A stretch of 64,000 bases of DNA, taken from contig CBDHHL010000014.1 in assembly GCA_965263355.1 (NCBI GenBank), forward strand, positions 1 to 64,000. The letters run 5' to 3'. Position 1 is the first letter of the stretch, and each line of letters opens with the position of its first letter. Under the pieces are notes generated by a model. It did not search any database, was not told the DNA's origin, and worked only from the letters and a program-made list of their open reading frames with translations. A program made the position numbers and the translations under genes. Source of the stretch: Leptolyngbyaceae cyanobacterium (GTDB lineage: Bacteria > Cyanobacteriota > Cyanobacteriia > Phormidesmidales > Phormidesmidaceae). This document shows, in pieces, positions 28,299 through 36,804 of the stretch.

Positions 28299-28652
28299 AT
28301 GAGAGCATCAACGCAATATAAACAAAGATTATCAGAGCTGCTATCGAAAAAGATACTTAAAGCAGCTGGAATTGATGCAACGGTTCGAGACCTAAGCGAT
28401 CGCTGCGATGGACTAGCAAGTCATCAAACAATTGCGGCTTGGCGTTCTGGCAATTATGTTAAGCAACTAGACGACTTTTCTTTTCAGGCATTAGAAAAGA
28501 TTTTGGCCCATAGAGGGCTAAAGGCTCATGAAATTAGCTACTATCTTGAGCATGGTGTTTGGCTAGAGAAAAAACAGTCCAAAAGGCTAGGCAGCCTTTG
28601 GCAGAAGCGAGAGCAGATTAATCAATCAATTCAACAGTTTGCGGCAATTTAG
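28299..28652 (+). CDS. putative helix-turn-helix DNA-binding protein
   Basis: TVRDLSDRCDGLASHQTIAAWRSG is HTH-like. Confidence 0.55.
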   Translation: MRASTQYKQRLSELLSKKILKAAGIDATVRDLSDRCDGLASHQTIAAWRSGNYVKQLDDFSFQALEKILAHRGLKAHEISYYLEHGVWLEKKQSKRLGSLWQKREQINQSIQQFAAI

Positions 28653-28654
28653 TA

Positions 28655-28683
28655 TTGACAGATTTGGAAATAACATCCATAAT
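28655..28683 (+). promoter_or_regulatory. sigma70-type promoter with flanking operator-like inverted repeat
   Basis: TTGACA-17 nt-CATAAT; TTTGGAAA (28663) / TTTCCAAA (28697) inverted repeat. Confidence 0.65.
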
Positions 28684-28712
28684 TGGAATTGAACACTTTC
28701 CAAAAATGGAAA

Positions 28713-28835
28713 ATGACTTTCACTAAGATAGGCATCGACTCCTGGTCTATTTATCTGCCAGGTGAAGTTTACCAGGGCTGCATAGAACTTAACTGGACCG
28801 TTACTAAAAACCTAGACAAATCCGTACAGATGTAG
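28713..28835 (+). pseudogene. small phage gene apparently truncated by the omega-RNA element
   Basis: MTFTKIGIDSWSIYLPGEVYQGCIELNWT then runs into the element end; resembles the N-terminus of the 29108 ORF. Confidence 0.4.
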
Positions 28836-29095
28836 TCAAACCTGCTTAGCAGGGAAGTAACGTGCAGAATCTTCAGAAATGACTGAAGTTGCGAAAGCAA
28901 GGGTTTAAGTATCCACGTTGAGAAAGTGACGCTTTAATGCGACTCACCTGCGAATGACCGCCAGTTTGTAGCTCTGAGGACTTGAGATTAAACAGTATAG
29001 ACGAACGGTTTATAAGCCTGTGTCTCTTGTCTATCAACCTTTCCCAACAGTTTCGAGGCAAACTTTACAGCAATGCTTGGGAGAAGATCCCACAA
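28798..29095 (+). ncRNA. HEARO / IscB-type omega-RNA, orphan
   Basis: HEARO-like landmarks in order: CCACGTT, CACCTGCGAATG, CCAGTTTGTAGCTCTG, TTAAACAG, TGTGT, AACAGTTTCGAGGCAAACTTTAC. Confidence 0.78.
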
Positions 29096-29107
29096 TTATT
29101 TAGCCTT

Positions 29108-29449
29108 ATGACCACCATAACATTTCGCCAAACTCACAGCACTCAATGGATTGTCCTGAACGAGGCAGAGAAACTGGGCCACATCGGATTCAATCTCACA
29201 GCTATGCGCTGGGAGTATTCGCCATATGGCCAGCCAGTTGCAGCAACAGGCTCCCTGGAGGATTGCAAAGCTGCAGCCATTGCCGAGAATAAACAGCATC
29301 CAAACTATCCGCTAAGACCTATTAACGGTTATCAGTCTGGGGATATCGCTGAAGTCTTTATCGAGCCGTCAAAGCGTCGAAAACACAGCGGTTTATATGT
29401 TGGGAAACTCTCTGTTACTTGCCTAAAAACGGAAAATGAGCGTACATGA
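29108..29449 (+). CDS. chimeric small protein ending in an IscB C-terminal (TAM-interacting domain) relic
   Basis: NGYQSGDIAEV...KHSGLYVGKLSV resembles the IscB GFQTGDIV...GxYVGRVAV motif; no PLMP, RuvC or HNH motifs. Confidence 0.55.
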   Translation: MTTITFRQTHSTQWIVLNEAEKLGHIGFNLTAMRWEYSPYGQPVAATGSLEDCKAAAIAENKQHPNYPLRPINGYQSGDIAEVFIEPSKRRKHSGLYVGKLSVTCLKTENERT

Positions 29450-29696
29450 TTGTCTTTCAGCGCTTGCTAACCCTGGCCGACTGGAGGTTATGCAAGTGCT
29501 GAAAAGAGAAAGCGTGCTCACTAGCGGCGAGGTTGCGATCGCGTTAGGGGTGCATCATCCTACGGCTTCTAGGCATTTGAGGCAGTTAGAAGCTGCGGGT
29601 CTTGTGACTGGTGTAAGACGGGCAAGTTTCGTCGATTACACCAGGAATGAGCAGGGTGTTAGGGAATTTATTAAACAACTAGCAGAGGAATTGTGA
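29436..29696 (+). CDS. ArsR/SmtB-family transcriptional regulator
   Basis: ALANPGRLEVM...GEVAIALGVHHPTASRHLRQLEAAGLV. Confidence 0.9.
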   Translation: MSVHDCLSALANPGRLEVMQVLKRESVLTSGEVAIALGVHHPTASRHLRQLEAAGLVTGVRRASFVDYTRNEQGVREFIKQLAEEL

Positions 29697-30019
29697 TGAA
29701 AAACGAATGCATTGATCTAGCTGATAACTTGCGTCAGATTAGGTTAGATATATTAGCGGCATCTATTCTAATTGCTGGCATTAATAAAGCGATGTCACTA
29801 AAGCTTACTGAATTAAGCCAGGAAGTTAATAGTGATAAAACGTTAAAAAATGCAGACGCTCGCAAAGCTGCATTAAGCCATCTAACAAGCACAAACGAAG
29901 AGTATATCAATCTCGACGTTGAATTGTGTCAAAAAAATAACGAAAAAGCTCTTCTAGAAATTGAAAAACAACATCTTTCAGATTTACTGAAAATACATTT
30001 AGCTTTTTCTGATCAGTAA
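29693..30019 (+). CDS. coiled-coil hypothetical phage protein
   Basis: Heptad-rich, LKNADARKA motif, coupled to the ArsR gene. Confidence 0.6.
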   Translation: MMKNECIDLADNLRQIRLDILAASILIAGINKAMSLKLTELSQEVNSDKTLKNADARKAALSHLTSTNEEYINLDVELCQKNNEKALLEIEKQHLSDLLKIHLAFSDQ

Positions 30020-30300
30020 AACGAATAGGAGTTGTAGTAGTGGATCAAGTTACATATTTTCAGTCTGAAGACGGTTTTTGGACATGGAAAACAAATATTC
30101 TAGTATCTGACCGATGCTTCGCGACTCACGAAGAAGCTATCGAAGATTATAAACAACAAAAGGCGTTGTGTACGCAGGCTTCAGTAAAATGGTAAGTCTT
30201 TTCTTACGGGTAGGGATCGTAATTTTGGCGGCATCCCTTGTATTAACTGCTTTGTATTTTGTTCTTTGGCCAAGAGTAGACGTTTATTGCGAGGAAGATT

Positions 30301-30501
30301 GTGACGATTCAGGCATGGCAACCAAAAGAAAGAAGGCCAATTAACAAAAAGCTTTTGACGGCTACTAGGCCGACCCTGCCGACAGGATTAAGCAAGCAAG
30401 AAAAAATTGATTTGTTGATGCCTGATTTGGTTGATCGACTTCAAGGTGTTGATGATGAGACGAAACAGAAAATTTTGCAAGCATTAACTAATCATGGCTA
30501 A
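30301..30501 (+). CDS. small hypothetical protein
   Basis: GAGGA upstream of GTG; overlaps the next gene. Confidence 0.5.
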   Translation: MTIQAWQPKERRPINKKLLTATRPTLPTGLSKQEKIDLLMPDLVDRLQGVDDETKQKILQALTNHG

Positions 30502-30685
30502 AGTCCTTAGTTCTAAAGAGTGGCGACAATTTGTAGCTAAAACGATCTCTACAGCCACAGAACCAACGGCGCTAAACCTGGCAATCCGTCAGTATGCAGC
30601 CATAACAGGTATGCCGGTCAAAACTCAAAAACAACGTGAAATCGTTATTTCAAAAGCAATGGGGGAATATCTTGGAACGCTGTAA
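30494..30685 (+). CDS. small hypothetical protein
   Basis: ATG ORF in an operon of small genes. Confidence 0.5.
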   Translation: MAKVLSSKEWRQFVAKTISTATEPTALNLAIRQYAAITGMPVKTQKQREIVISKAMGEYLGTL

Positions 30686-30976
30686 ACGAAGGAATTCATG
30701 GAAATATTAAGCAGTCTAATTGCAGATAGAAGCATAGATTTAGCGCTTGCGGAAGCGGCTAAAAAAGCTCAAAAACAATCAGGTGTATCACGAGAAAAAT
30801 TGCTATTAGAAATGTTCGGCAAGAGTAGTCAAGATTATGAAGCAGAAGCTACAGACGTTCAAGTTCAAGATAAATAATGGTCCAACGGTTGAATACGTTT
30901 ACCAAGATTATGCTCAAGCCTTGAGAGAGGCAAGGGCCGATAATCCAGGGGCAACAGTGACTAAGGTTTAATGCTA

Positions 30977-31010
30977 AAAGGCTCAGGATTTTATTAAGTC
31001 CTGAGCCTTT
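30977..31010. terminator. bidirectional intrinsic terminator
   Basis: AAAGGCTCAGGA...TCCTGAGCCTTT. Confidence 0.7.
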
Positions 31011-31081
31011 ATAATATTCATGCCCGCTGCTTTTGCAATATAAGATGCCTAAGGCTGGCAGCGGGCTTATCGAGACTTTTC

Positions 31082-31342
31082 ATGAAACTTATATTTTGTC
31101 CAAAATGCGAAGATATCAGAGCTTTGGCCTATGGACTTCGTTATTGCTCCTGTGCTAGCTCTTGGGGTCATTATCGACGCGATGGACTAAGCGCTGTTAT
31201 TGGTGGTGACGCTATCCCGTTGGGGTTAAATAATCAAAGCTTCGTTAAGGCACTCAAAAATAGGCCAGCGCAAGGTCTAGGTCAACGGTTTGAAGCATTC
31301 GTTATTCCTGAAAATTGTCCTACAGTGATGGATGAAGGTTGA
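31082..31342 (+). CDS. small Cys-containing phage protein
   Basis: CPKC...CSC pattern; ATG ORF. Confidence 0.6.
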   Translation: MKLIFCPKCEDIRALAYGLRYCSCASSWGHYRRDGLSAVIGGDAIPLGLNNQSFVKALKNRPAQGLGQRFEAFVIPENCPTVMDEG

Positions 31343-31374
31343 ATTAAAACCTCAAACAAATAGCAGTGAAGTAA

Positions 31375-31791
31375 CTAGTCAGCTGTGCTCGCGAACCATC
31401 CAACAGGTATAAATTCATTCAGTACCCATAAATAGCGCATATTCGCGTCGTTCACAATGTTGCAGTCAGCTGGATATATTTCTACGGCCATCAAATCCCC
31501 ATAACCGCACCAACGCTTAATCTCCTGCAATTCATCCCAAGAAATCCCATCAGCAAACTTGCGGCACATGCCTAGCTCAGCCTTGGTAACGCTAATTCTA
31601 ACAACGCCATTGGGCTCCAGGTAAAGCTGGACAAAGAACTTGCGACCTCTTAGCACTCTAAAGGGTGGTTTGCCCTTGGTTGTTGGCCACTTTTCTTTAG
31701 GGATTTCAACCAGCCCGTTTTTGGGGTATTCTGCCGACTCGCTTTTTAAGTGCTCGCGAGCCATTTTTCTAAATGCTTTGGTTTTACTCAT
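31375..31791 (-). CDS. conserved phage hypothetical protein
   Basis: DGISWDELQEIKRWCGYGD..AVEIYP...VNDANMRYLW, a motif typical of a widespread phage family. Confidence 0.7.
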   Translation of the reverse strand: MSKTKAFRKMAREHLKSESAEYPKNGLVEIPKEKWPTTKGKPPFRVLRGRKFFVQLYLEPNGVVRISVTKAELGMCRKFADGISWDELQEIKRWCGYGDLMAVEIYPADCNIVNDANMRYLWVLNEFIPVGWFASTAD

Positions 31792-31947
31792 TTCTTATTT
31801 TTTCTTTCAACCACGCCCGCACACTGGCCTTATGCTGCGGATAGGCTCGACTGATGCATAAAGCCCGCTGCTTAGGCTCACAGTATGGATTGAGGCAAGG
31901 GCAGATGTGCTGCCCCCATTGTTCGTATTCAGCGTCAGATAGTTTGG

Positions 31948-32211
31948 TCATTCGACCAACTCCTGCATGGAGGCTTCCTCAGTCAGTCGCTCGATCGCGC
32001 GATTCGCAGCCTCTTTGTCTGACGCACGGTTGCCAAGCTTCCTAAGCGTTTGCTGCAGCTTCGTTCCCTGGATGATGGGGAATTGCTCAGATAAATGCTT
32101 TCTGCATTCAGCATCATCATTTTTAGCCAGCGCTTCAAGTCGGCAACTATACTGCCGCATAGTCACATTGCAAAGATGGTAAATGAGCTGTTTCAGGTCG
32201 TCTTCATTCAT
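31948..32211 (-). CDS. hypothetical protein
   Basis: ATGA-coupled within a minus-strand operon. Confidence 0.5.
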   Translation of the reverse strand: MNEDDLKQLIYHLCNVTMRQYSCRLEALAKNDDAECRKHLSEQFPIIQGTKLQQTLRKLGNRASDKEAANRAIERLTEEASMQELVE

Positions 32212-32705
32212 GAGATGAGTTTCATTACTTCCAATACATCTTTTTTAAGATTTTTTCGGGCAACTACACTAGGGCTTTCATCGCCGCATCTATCTTTTTT
32301 GGCCCAATCACAGGTCGGAAATTTTAGGCTTGATTGTTTTCGTGTTTTGTAAAACTCACACTTGCGACATTCAGTTTGCCTGATCCAATAGCCTTGAATC
32401 ACTGGGACGCCTTGCCGTCTGTCAGACATTTTTGGCACTTTACCGGACCACTTTTCTAGATTTGGGCAAATAACGCCCCTAACCTCGATCCACTTAAAAA
32501 TCTTTCCTTCGTTATCCTGCTCATACCAAGAGATATGACTTTCTGTACTTTTGGCATGAGTCTTGCCGCTGTTTAGCTTGACAAGGATTTCATGAGAAAC
32601 TTCACTTCGATTAATATACTCCTTGGTAAATGACCATGAAGTGATTTTGCCTTGCGCGTAGTCGATTCGTTCCCTTATAGCTTCAGCTAGGCTCATCTTC
32701 CCCAT
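32208..32705 (-). CDS. hypothetical protein
   Basis: Coupled ORF; CxxC near the C-terminus. Confidence 0.55.
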   Translation of the reverse strand: MGKMSLAEAIRERIDYAQGKITSWSFTKEYINRSEVSHEILVKLNSGKTHAKSTESHISWYEQDNEGKIFKWIEVRGVICPNLEKWSGKVPKMSDRRQGVPVIQGYWIRQTECRKCEFYKTRKQSSLKFPTCDWAKKDRCGDESPSVVARKNLKKDVLEVMKLIS

Positions 32706-32851
32706 ACCTCACGCCACAATATTTACACTTTGCGCAGTCTGGCGGTGGCCCATCCAGATCTATATAACCGACTTCAGACAGCAGCCAAGTCCATTTATGC
32801 CAGCCAATGGCGCACAATATTTTTTTAATCATTCCCTCTCGATATTTCGTG

Positions 32852-33223
32852 TTAGCTAAGCTCATCTTTATCTTCCCAAAAATTAGTGCAAGTACTACTG
32901 ATCAACGATAACGCAGCAGTTGTTGCCGAGGCATGACCGTCAGAAACTGCGCTTAAAATTTTTGGTTCTTCTGATGAGTCTATTTGTGGTAACGGCTGCT
33001 CAAGTATGCATCTAACTACATACGGTTCGTCTTCTTCAGTGCTAGGAGAATATTCAAACAAAATAGACCAGCCCCTAGCTGTGCAATAGCGAATAATGCC
33101 ATCAAATAAAGCCCAGTGCTCTAATGGTTCGTCTACACCTGGAATATCAGCAGCTGAGATTAACTGCAGATCGTCGTTGACCTGATTCAATATTTCACTA
33201 CGTGTTGCGGTTTGTCTCGTCAT
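32852..33223 (-). CDS. hypothetical protein
   Basis: GGAG upstream; ATGA overlap with the upstream micro-ORF. Confidence 0.55.
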   Translation of the reverse strand: MTRQTATRSEILNQVNDDLQLISAADIPGVDEPLEHWALFDGIIRYCTARGWSILFEYSPSTEEDEPYVVRCILEQPLPQIDSSEEPKILSAVSDGHASATTAALSLISSTCTNFWEDKDELS

Positions 33224-33342
33224 AGCTCTCCATGCTGTGGGCCTTCGTCCTCATAACGCTCCGGTTCATCCTCTGGCGATCCCATGAGAAAGACGCCCCC
33301 AGGAATACTCACTAGTTGTAGTATTAAGCTGTCATTTTTCAT
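33220..33342 (-). pseudogene. 40-aa fragment of a formylglycine-generating-enzyme (FGE-sulfatase/SUMF1) domain
   Basis: Hand translation [40 protein letters not shown]; IPGGxFxMGS...EGPQH is the FGE domain N-terminus. Confidence 0.65.
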
Positions 33343-33548
33343 TTTCTCGTGGATGTGACGCGACATTATCTAAATACTTTTGATACTCGGAACTATACAG
33401 ATAATTCCTGAGCAACGTGATCGCTGCTGATGTTGGCGAGTCGACCCCAGCCAACGTCATATAGGAACGAATAGCGGCGGCCATCCCTGGATCGATTATT
33501 CCCTGGATGCGAAGTGTCTTGTCAGGTTCATTGCTAACCCTTTGACAA

Positions 33549-34940
33549 ATGAAGCTCCCCCACCTTAAAGAGGATGGGGGTGTCTTATGCTAACTTGAGG
33601 TTATCCCTAACCCACAGGTCACATAAGCAAGCCCAGCTTCCGGGCTTCCGTCTAGAACTTTTGCTAGAGCGGAACTCACGATCCTTTCGGTCAGTGAGCT
33701 TAAGAATTCCTCTAGCTGCGATGTTTTGACTCCCATTGAGGTCGCAGTTATACCGCTTGCCAGAAGAAAATTTTGCTAAAGCGTAGTTTTTAGAGTCACG
33801 CTTCACGACTCCAGAGCCATCATAAGCAAGCTTCGAAGTGTAGGCGGCAACGATATCTATGACTTTGCCACCAAGTTCCTTCCACTTCATTTCGGTATAA
33901 TCGCGAATCTTGCTTTTGAGCCATCCGTGGAACCGCTGACGGAGGTTAGAGCGCTTTTTGCCGCCCTTAGGTTTCCATCCTTTTAAGTTCTCAAAGACAA
34001 TAGCTTCAGAGTTGTGGTCTTTGGCTATGTTAACTATTCGCCTAGAAACGATGTGGCCAATCTGGGTGTTGATGTTCCGACATTTACGATAGGTGTTAGA
34101 GCAAAATCCTTTATGGAGTTTGCCGCCTTTCCCCATCGTCTTGTTGGCTCTCATTGATACAGACTTTAGGCGTTTGTCACGACGGTCTATGTCTCTTCCA
34201 GGGTGAATAAATTCACGATAGATTACAGTACCGCAATGGGTTACGACTGAAACTGTAGCTGTAGTATTTATTCCAAGGTCTACAGCAACCACATTTTTGT
34301 CAGGGTTCCGCTTTACTGGCTTGCAATGAAACGGAACCGATAAATGACATGACTTAGCATTGAGAATGAGTGACGGTGACAGCATTTTGTTACCTGCTAT
34401 CTCATGGCAATCCCTAAGCCCTGTGATTTGAACCATCGTCCAAACCCAATCAGACCCGGTGAACACCTTGATCTCAACCTTGTCTAAGCCATGCAGCTTG
34501 TAGCACTGCCCTTTGTACAGCGCTGGATAGCACCCAGCATCAGGGTTTAGCAATGGGGGTTTAGCATCTCGACGTTTGCGAGATTGCCCGCACTGCCAGT
34601 CACGATACCGGGTCATGTAGCTACTAACCTGGCCAATCGCAAAAGTGATAGCAGCCCTACGGTAGTAGCTGGGGAACTTATGAAACACCCGGTTGATTTG
34701 CGGGTATTTCACGTCTGGGCGGTTGCTGGTTGCGTGCATTAGACGCTCAACCGCTGGTGTTCTCTCATCTGCCGTGAGCGGTGCTAGCTCTGGCCAGTGC
34801 GTAAAGACAATACCCACTAAATACCGACACACACGACGATAGATCTTAATCGTTTCACCAAACAGCAGGCGCTGTTCAGTGGTTGGATTAAGCGTCCATT
34901 TGTCGGTACGGATGATTTTTGTGGGTTTTTTCATCTTCAT
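33549..34940 (-). mobile_element. IS200/IS605-family tnpB-only element (right end intact)
   Basis: Right end CCCCCATCCTCTTTAAGGTGGGGGAGCTTCAT ends at about 33549; no tnpA; left end not resolved. Confidence 0.7.
33585..34940 (-). CDS. tnpB: RNA-guided endonuclease TnpB
   Basis: AVDLG, VFENL, AYTSK, NCDLNGSQNIA. Confidence 0.93.
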   Translation of the reverse strand: MKMKKPTKIIRTDKWTLNPTTEQRLLFGETIKIYRRVCRYLVGIVFTHWPELAPLTADERTPAVERLMHATSNRPDVKYPQINRVFHKFPSYYRRAAITFAIGQVSSYMTRYRDWQCGQSRKRRDAKPPLLNPDAGCYPALYKGQCYKLHGLDKVEIKVFTGSDWVWTMVQITGLRDCHEIAGNKMLSPSLILNAKSCHLSVPFHCKPVKRNPDKNVVAVDLGINTTATVSVVTHCGTVIYREFIHPGRDIDRRDKRLKSVSMRANKTMGKGGKLHKGFCSNTYRKCRNINTQIGHIVSRRIVNIAKDHNSEAIVFENLKGWKPKGGKKRSNLRQRFHGWLKSKIRDYTEMKWKELGGKVIDIVAAYTSKLAYDGSGVVKRDSKNYALAKFSSGKRYNCDLNGSQNIAARGILKLTDRKDREFRSSKSSRRKPGSWACLCDLWVRDNLKLA

Positions 34941-34975
34941 GGCATTGTTATGGCTATACTCTCCATCCTAAAAAA

Positions 34976-35287
34976 TTAATCACGCAACCCTTTTTCTATT
35001 GCGGCGATCGCTTGAGAGATTTCAGCATTATCACCAACCTTTTCCTTTATCACTTCTAGTGCTTCAGCCATCGCCCCTTGACGTTGAATAAGCTTTTGCT
35101 GAACTAATTGTTTGTTTTTTAGCTCTAATCCCTTCGCAATTTCAGATTTATAGATTCTTAACCCCCTAAGAATTATTTGTCTAATTAATTCAGCTGGCGA
35201 TATTTCGTCGTTAGCGTCAGCCAAGTCATCTATTTCTTTCCAGGTAGATGCCATAAGAGTGACGGAACGCTTTGCTGTATCTGCCAT
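34976..35287 (-). CDS. ribbon-helix-helix regulator with coiled-coil tail
   Basis: KRSVTLMASTWKEIDDLA...SPAELIRQII; divergent from the membrane/ATPase operon. Confidence 0.6.
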   Translation of the reverse strand: MADTAKRSVTLMASTWKEIDDLADANDEISPAELIRQIILRGLRIYKSEIAKGLELKNKQLVQQKLIQRQGAMAEALEVIKEKVGDNAEISQAIAAIEKGLRD

Positions 35288-35458
35288 CGCTAAACCAATA
35301 AGTTACAGCTTTAGAGTAGCAAATTATTCAAAGGATACCACAGGGTTGATGAAGGGGGGCCAACGTATCCCCATGGGGTTGTCATAGGGGCGTACAATGA
35401 TTATACTTTAGTTGCACTTGTTCAGAACTTGTGCAGGGGTTGTGCAAGGTTTGTGGTT

Positions 35459-35761
35459 ATGTCGGTTCAAGCATGTGACGCAGAGGTTTTGGATGAGCCA
35501 GGGTTGTATAGCCAAGAACGCTATACGCCTAGGCAATTCAGAGTAACTGTGTCTGAAGTGGTTGGCCGTCGTGTATGCCGTGACACGTTCAACTCTTGGC
35601 GTTATCGCCTCGGCATTGAGGTTGATGACGATGGATGTTATGGACGCGAAGAAGTGTTGCACCTGTTGGGATACCTGGATTTCAGGGCTAAGACGGGATG
35701 CACTCTGAAGCAATATTTACTTTGGAAAAAGGGCAAATTCACGCCCGCAATGGTTAGTTAG
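35459..35761 (+). CDS. small HTH (MerR/excisionase-like) DNA-binding protein
   Basis: YTPRQFR...RRVCRDTFNSWRYRLGI...YGREEV. Confidence 0.55.
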   Translation: MSVQACDAEVLDEPGLYSQERYTPRQFRVTVSEVVGRRVCRDTFNSWRYRLGIEVDDDGCYGREEVLHLLGYLDFRAKTGCTLKQYLLWKKGKFTPAMVS

Positions 35762-35784
35762 TTACCTAAAAGGAGACTCTACAG

Positions 35785-36243
35785 ATGGCTATCAAGGATA
35801 AAACCACAGAAGACAATCAGGGCAAGGGTTTTAGCGGCTCTGACTCTGCCAAGGCGCCCACAGGAGACCAGCCTGTAGACACGGGTCAAATGGTCAAGGT
35901 TATTCAGAATAGTGCAGTACAAAAAGTTGTCAACCTGGTTCAACAGGCCGATGCCACCTTTCAGGAGTTAGAGGCAGCTGGGGCAGACGCTATTCTTGCC
36001 CGTGAATCACAGGTAGCTGTGAGGGTTTTAGACAGAGTGACCGCTGGGGTTATAGCTCAAGCTCAAGAAGATGTAATCCCTAATGCACAAGGGCTTCAGC
36101 GTCAGTTAACACAAGCGCTGTTTGAGGTTAACCGTACTGAGGCTTGGCGGACTTGTACGCCGTCTGAGATGGCATCTAGCCAGCTTTTATTTGGCAGCCC
36201 ATCCGATGCAATGAAAAGCGCAAAGGCATTGCCAGGAGCTTAG
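35785..36243 (+). CDS. hypothetical helical protein
   Basis: Strong AGGAG RBS and ATG. Confidence 0.65.
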   Translation: MAIKDKTTEDNQGKGFSGSDSAKAPTGDQPVDTGQMVKVIQNSAVQKVVNLVQQADATFQELEAAGADAILARESQVAVRVLDRVTAGVIAQAQEDVIPNAQGLQRQLTQALFEVNRTEAWRTCTPSEMASSQLLFGSPSDAMKSAKALPGA

Positions 36244-36248
36244 ACAAT

Positions 36249-36381
36249 ATCCAAGATATCCAAGATGCCTTAGACAGCTAGACACCTTTATTTCCAGTAT
36301 GTCTAGCTGTCTAAGAGAAATCCAAGATATCTAAGACAGCTTATTTTTGGTAAAAAAAATGGTCATAAAAACATCTTGGAT
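36249..36381. repeat. cluster of 9-bp ATCCAAGAT repeats around a 16-bp perfect inverted repeat
   Basis: ATCCAAGAT at 36249, 36258, 36320 (variant at 36329, inverted copy at 36373); CTTAGACAGCTAGACA 36269-36284 / TGTCTAGCTGTCTAAG 36300-36315. Confidence 0.85.
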
Positions 36382-36802
36382 ATTATTGCTAATCGGAGTG
36401 GGCCTACCTGCTGCGTTAAGTTCTCAAGATATTTCAGAGAACTGGAATAATGCGTCTGAAATTAGAGAGCAGCGAAAAATTCAGGCTAGGCAAGACAGAC
36501 AGGCCACAATGCACGCTACTCAAGCTAGGCAAGACTCAGAAATTGCATTAACTAGGGTGAAGGCTGGCTGCGTGCCAGTGGTGGCCAAGTCAACTTTTAA
36601 GCAAACTCATCTAGCTGAAGGGGTTGAAGTAATTGCCTCACGCGATAGCACGATCCCACTAGGGGACGGTTCGCTGATTTGCACAAGATTAGGGGATACA
36701 GCAGAAATCTGGGATGGTCGCGTATCGCAAGTAAAGCGGATTGCACCAGATGACGTTGATTCATATCTCGATTATTTTTCTAAACAACCTGGAGCGCATT
36801 GA
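36359..36802 (+). CDS. membrane-anchored/exported protein
   Basis: N-terminal hydrophobic segment, Gln/Arg-rich helix, two Cys. Confidence 0.6.
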   Translation: MVIKTSWILLLIGVGLPAALSSQDISENWNNASEIREQRKIQARQDRQATMHATQARQDSEIALTRVKAGCVPVVAKSTFKQTHLAEGVEVIASRDSTIPLGDGSLICTRLGDTAEIWDGRVSQVKRIAPDDVDSYLDYFSKQPGAH

Positions 36803-36804
36803 TT

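Noticed and set aside
28873..29107. ORF 28873-29061 and the N-terminal extension of 28982-29449
   Set aside because: They overlap the omega-RNA scaffold; the ATG at 29108 is the more plausible start
29108..29449. Intact iscB or isrB gene
   Set aside because: Only 113 aa; no PLMP, RuvC or HNH motifs
36249..36381. Possible mini-CRISPR array
   Set aside because: Repeats are 9 bp, tandem or inverted, with no regular unique spacers; no cas genes
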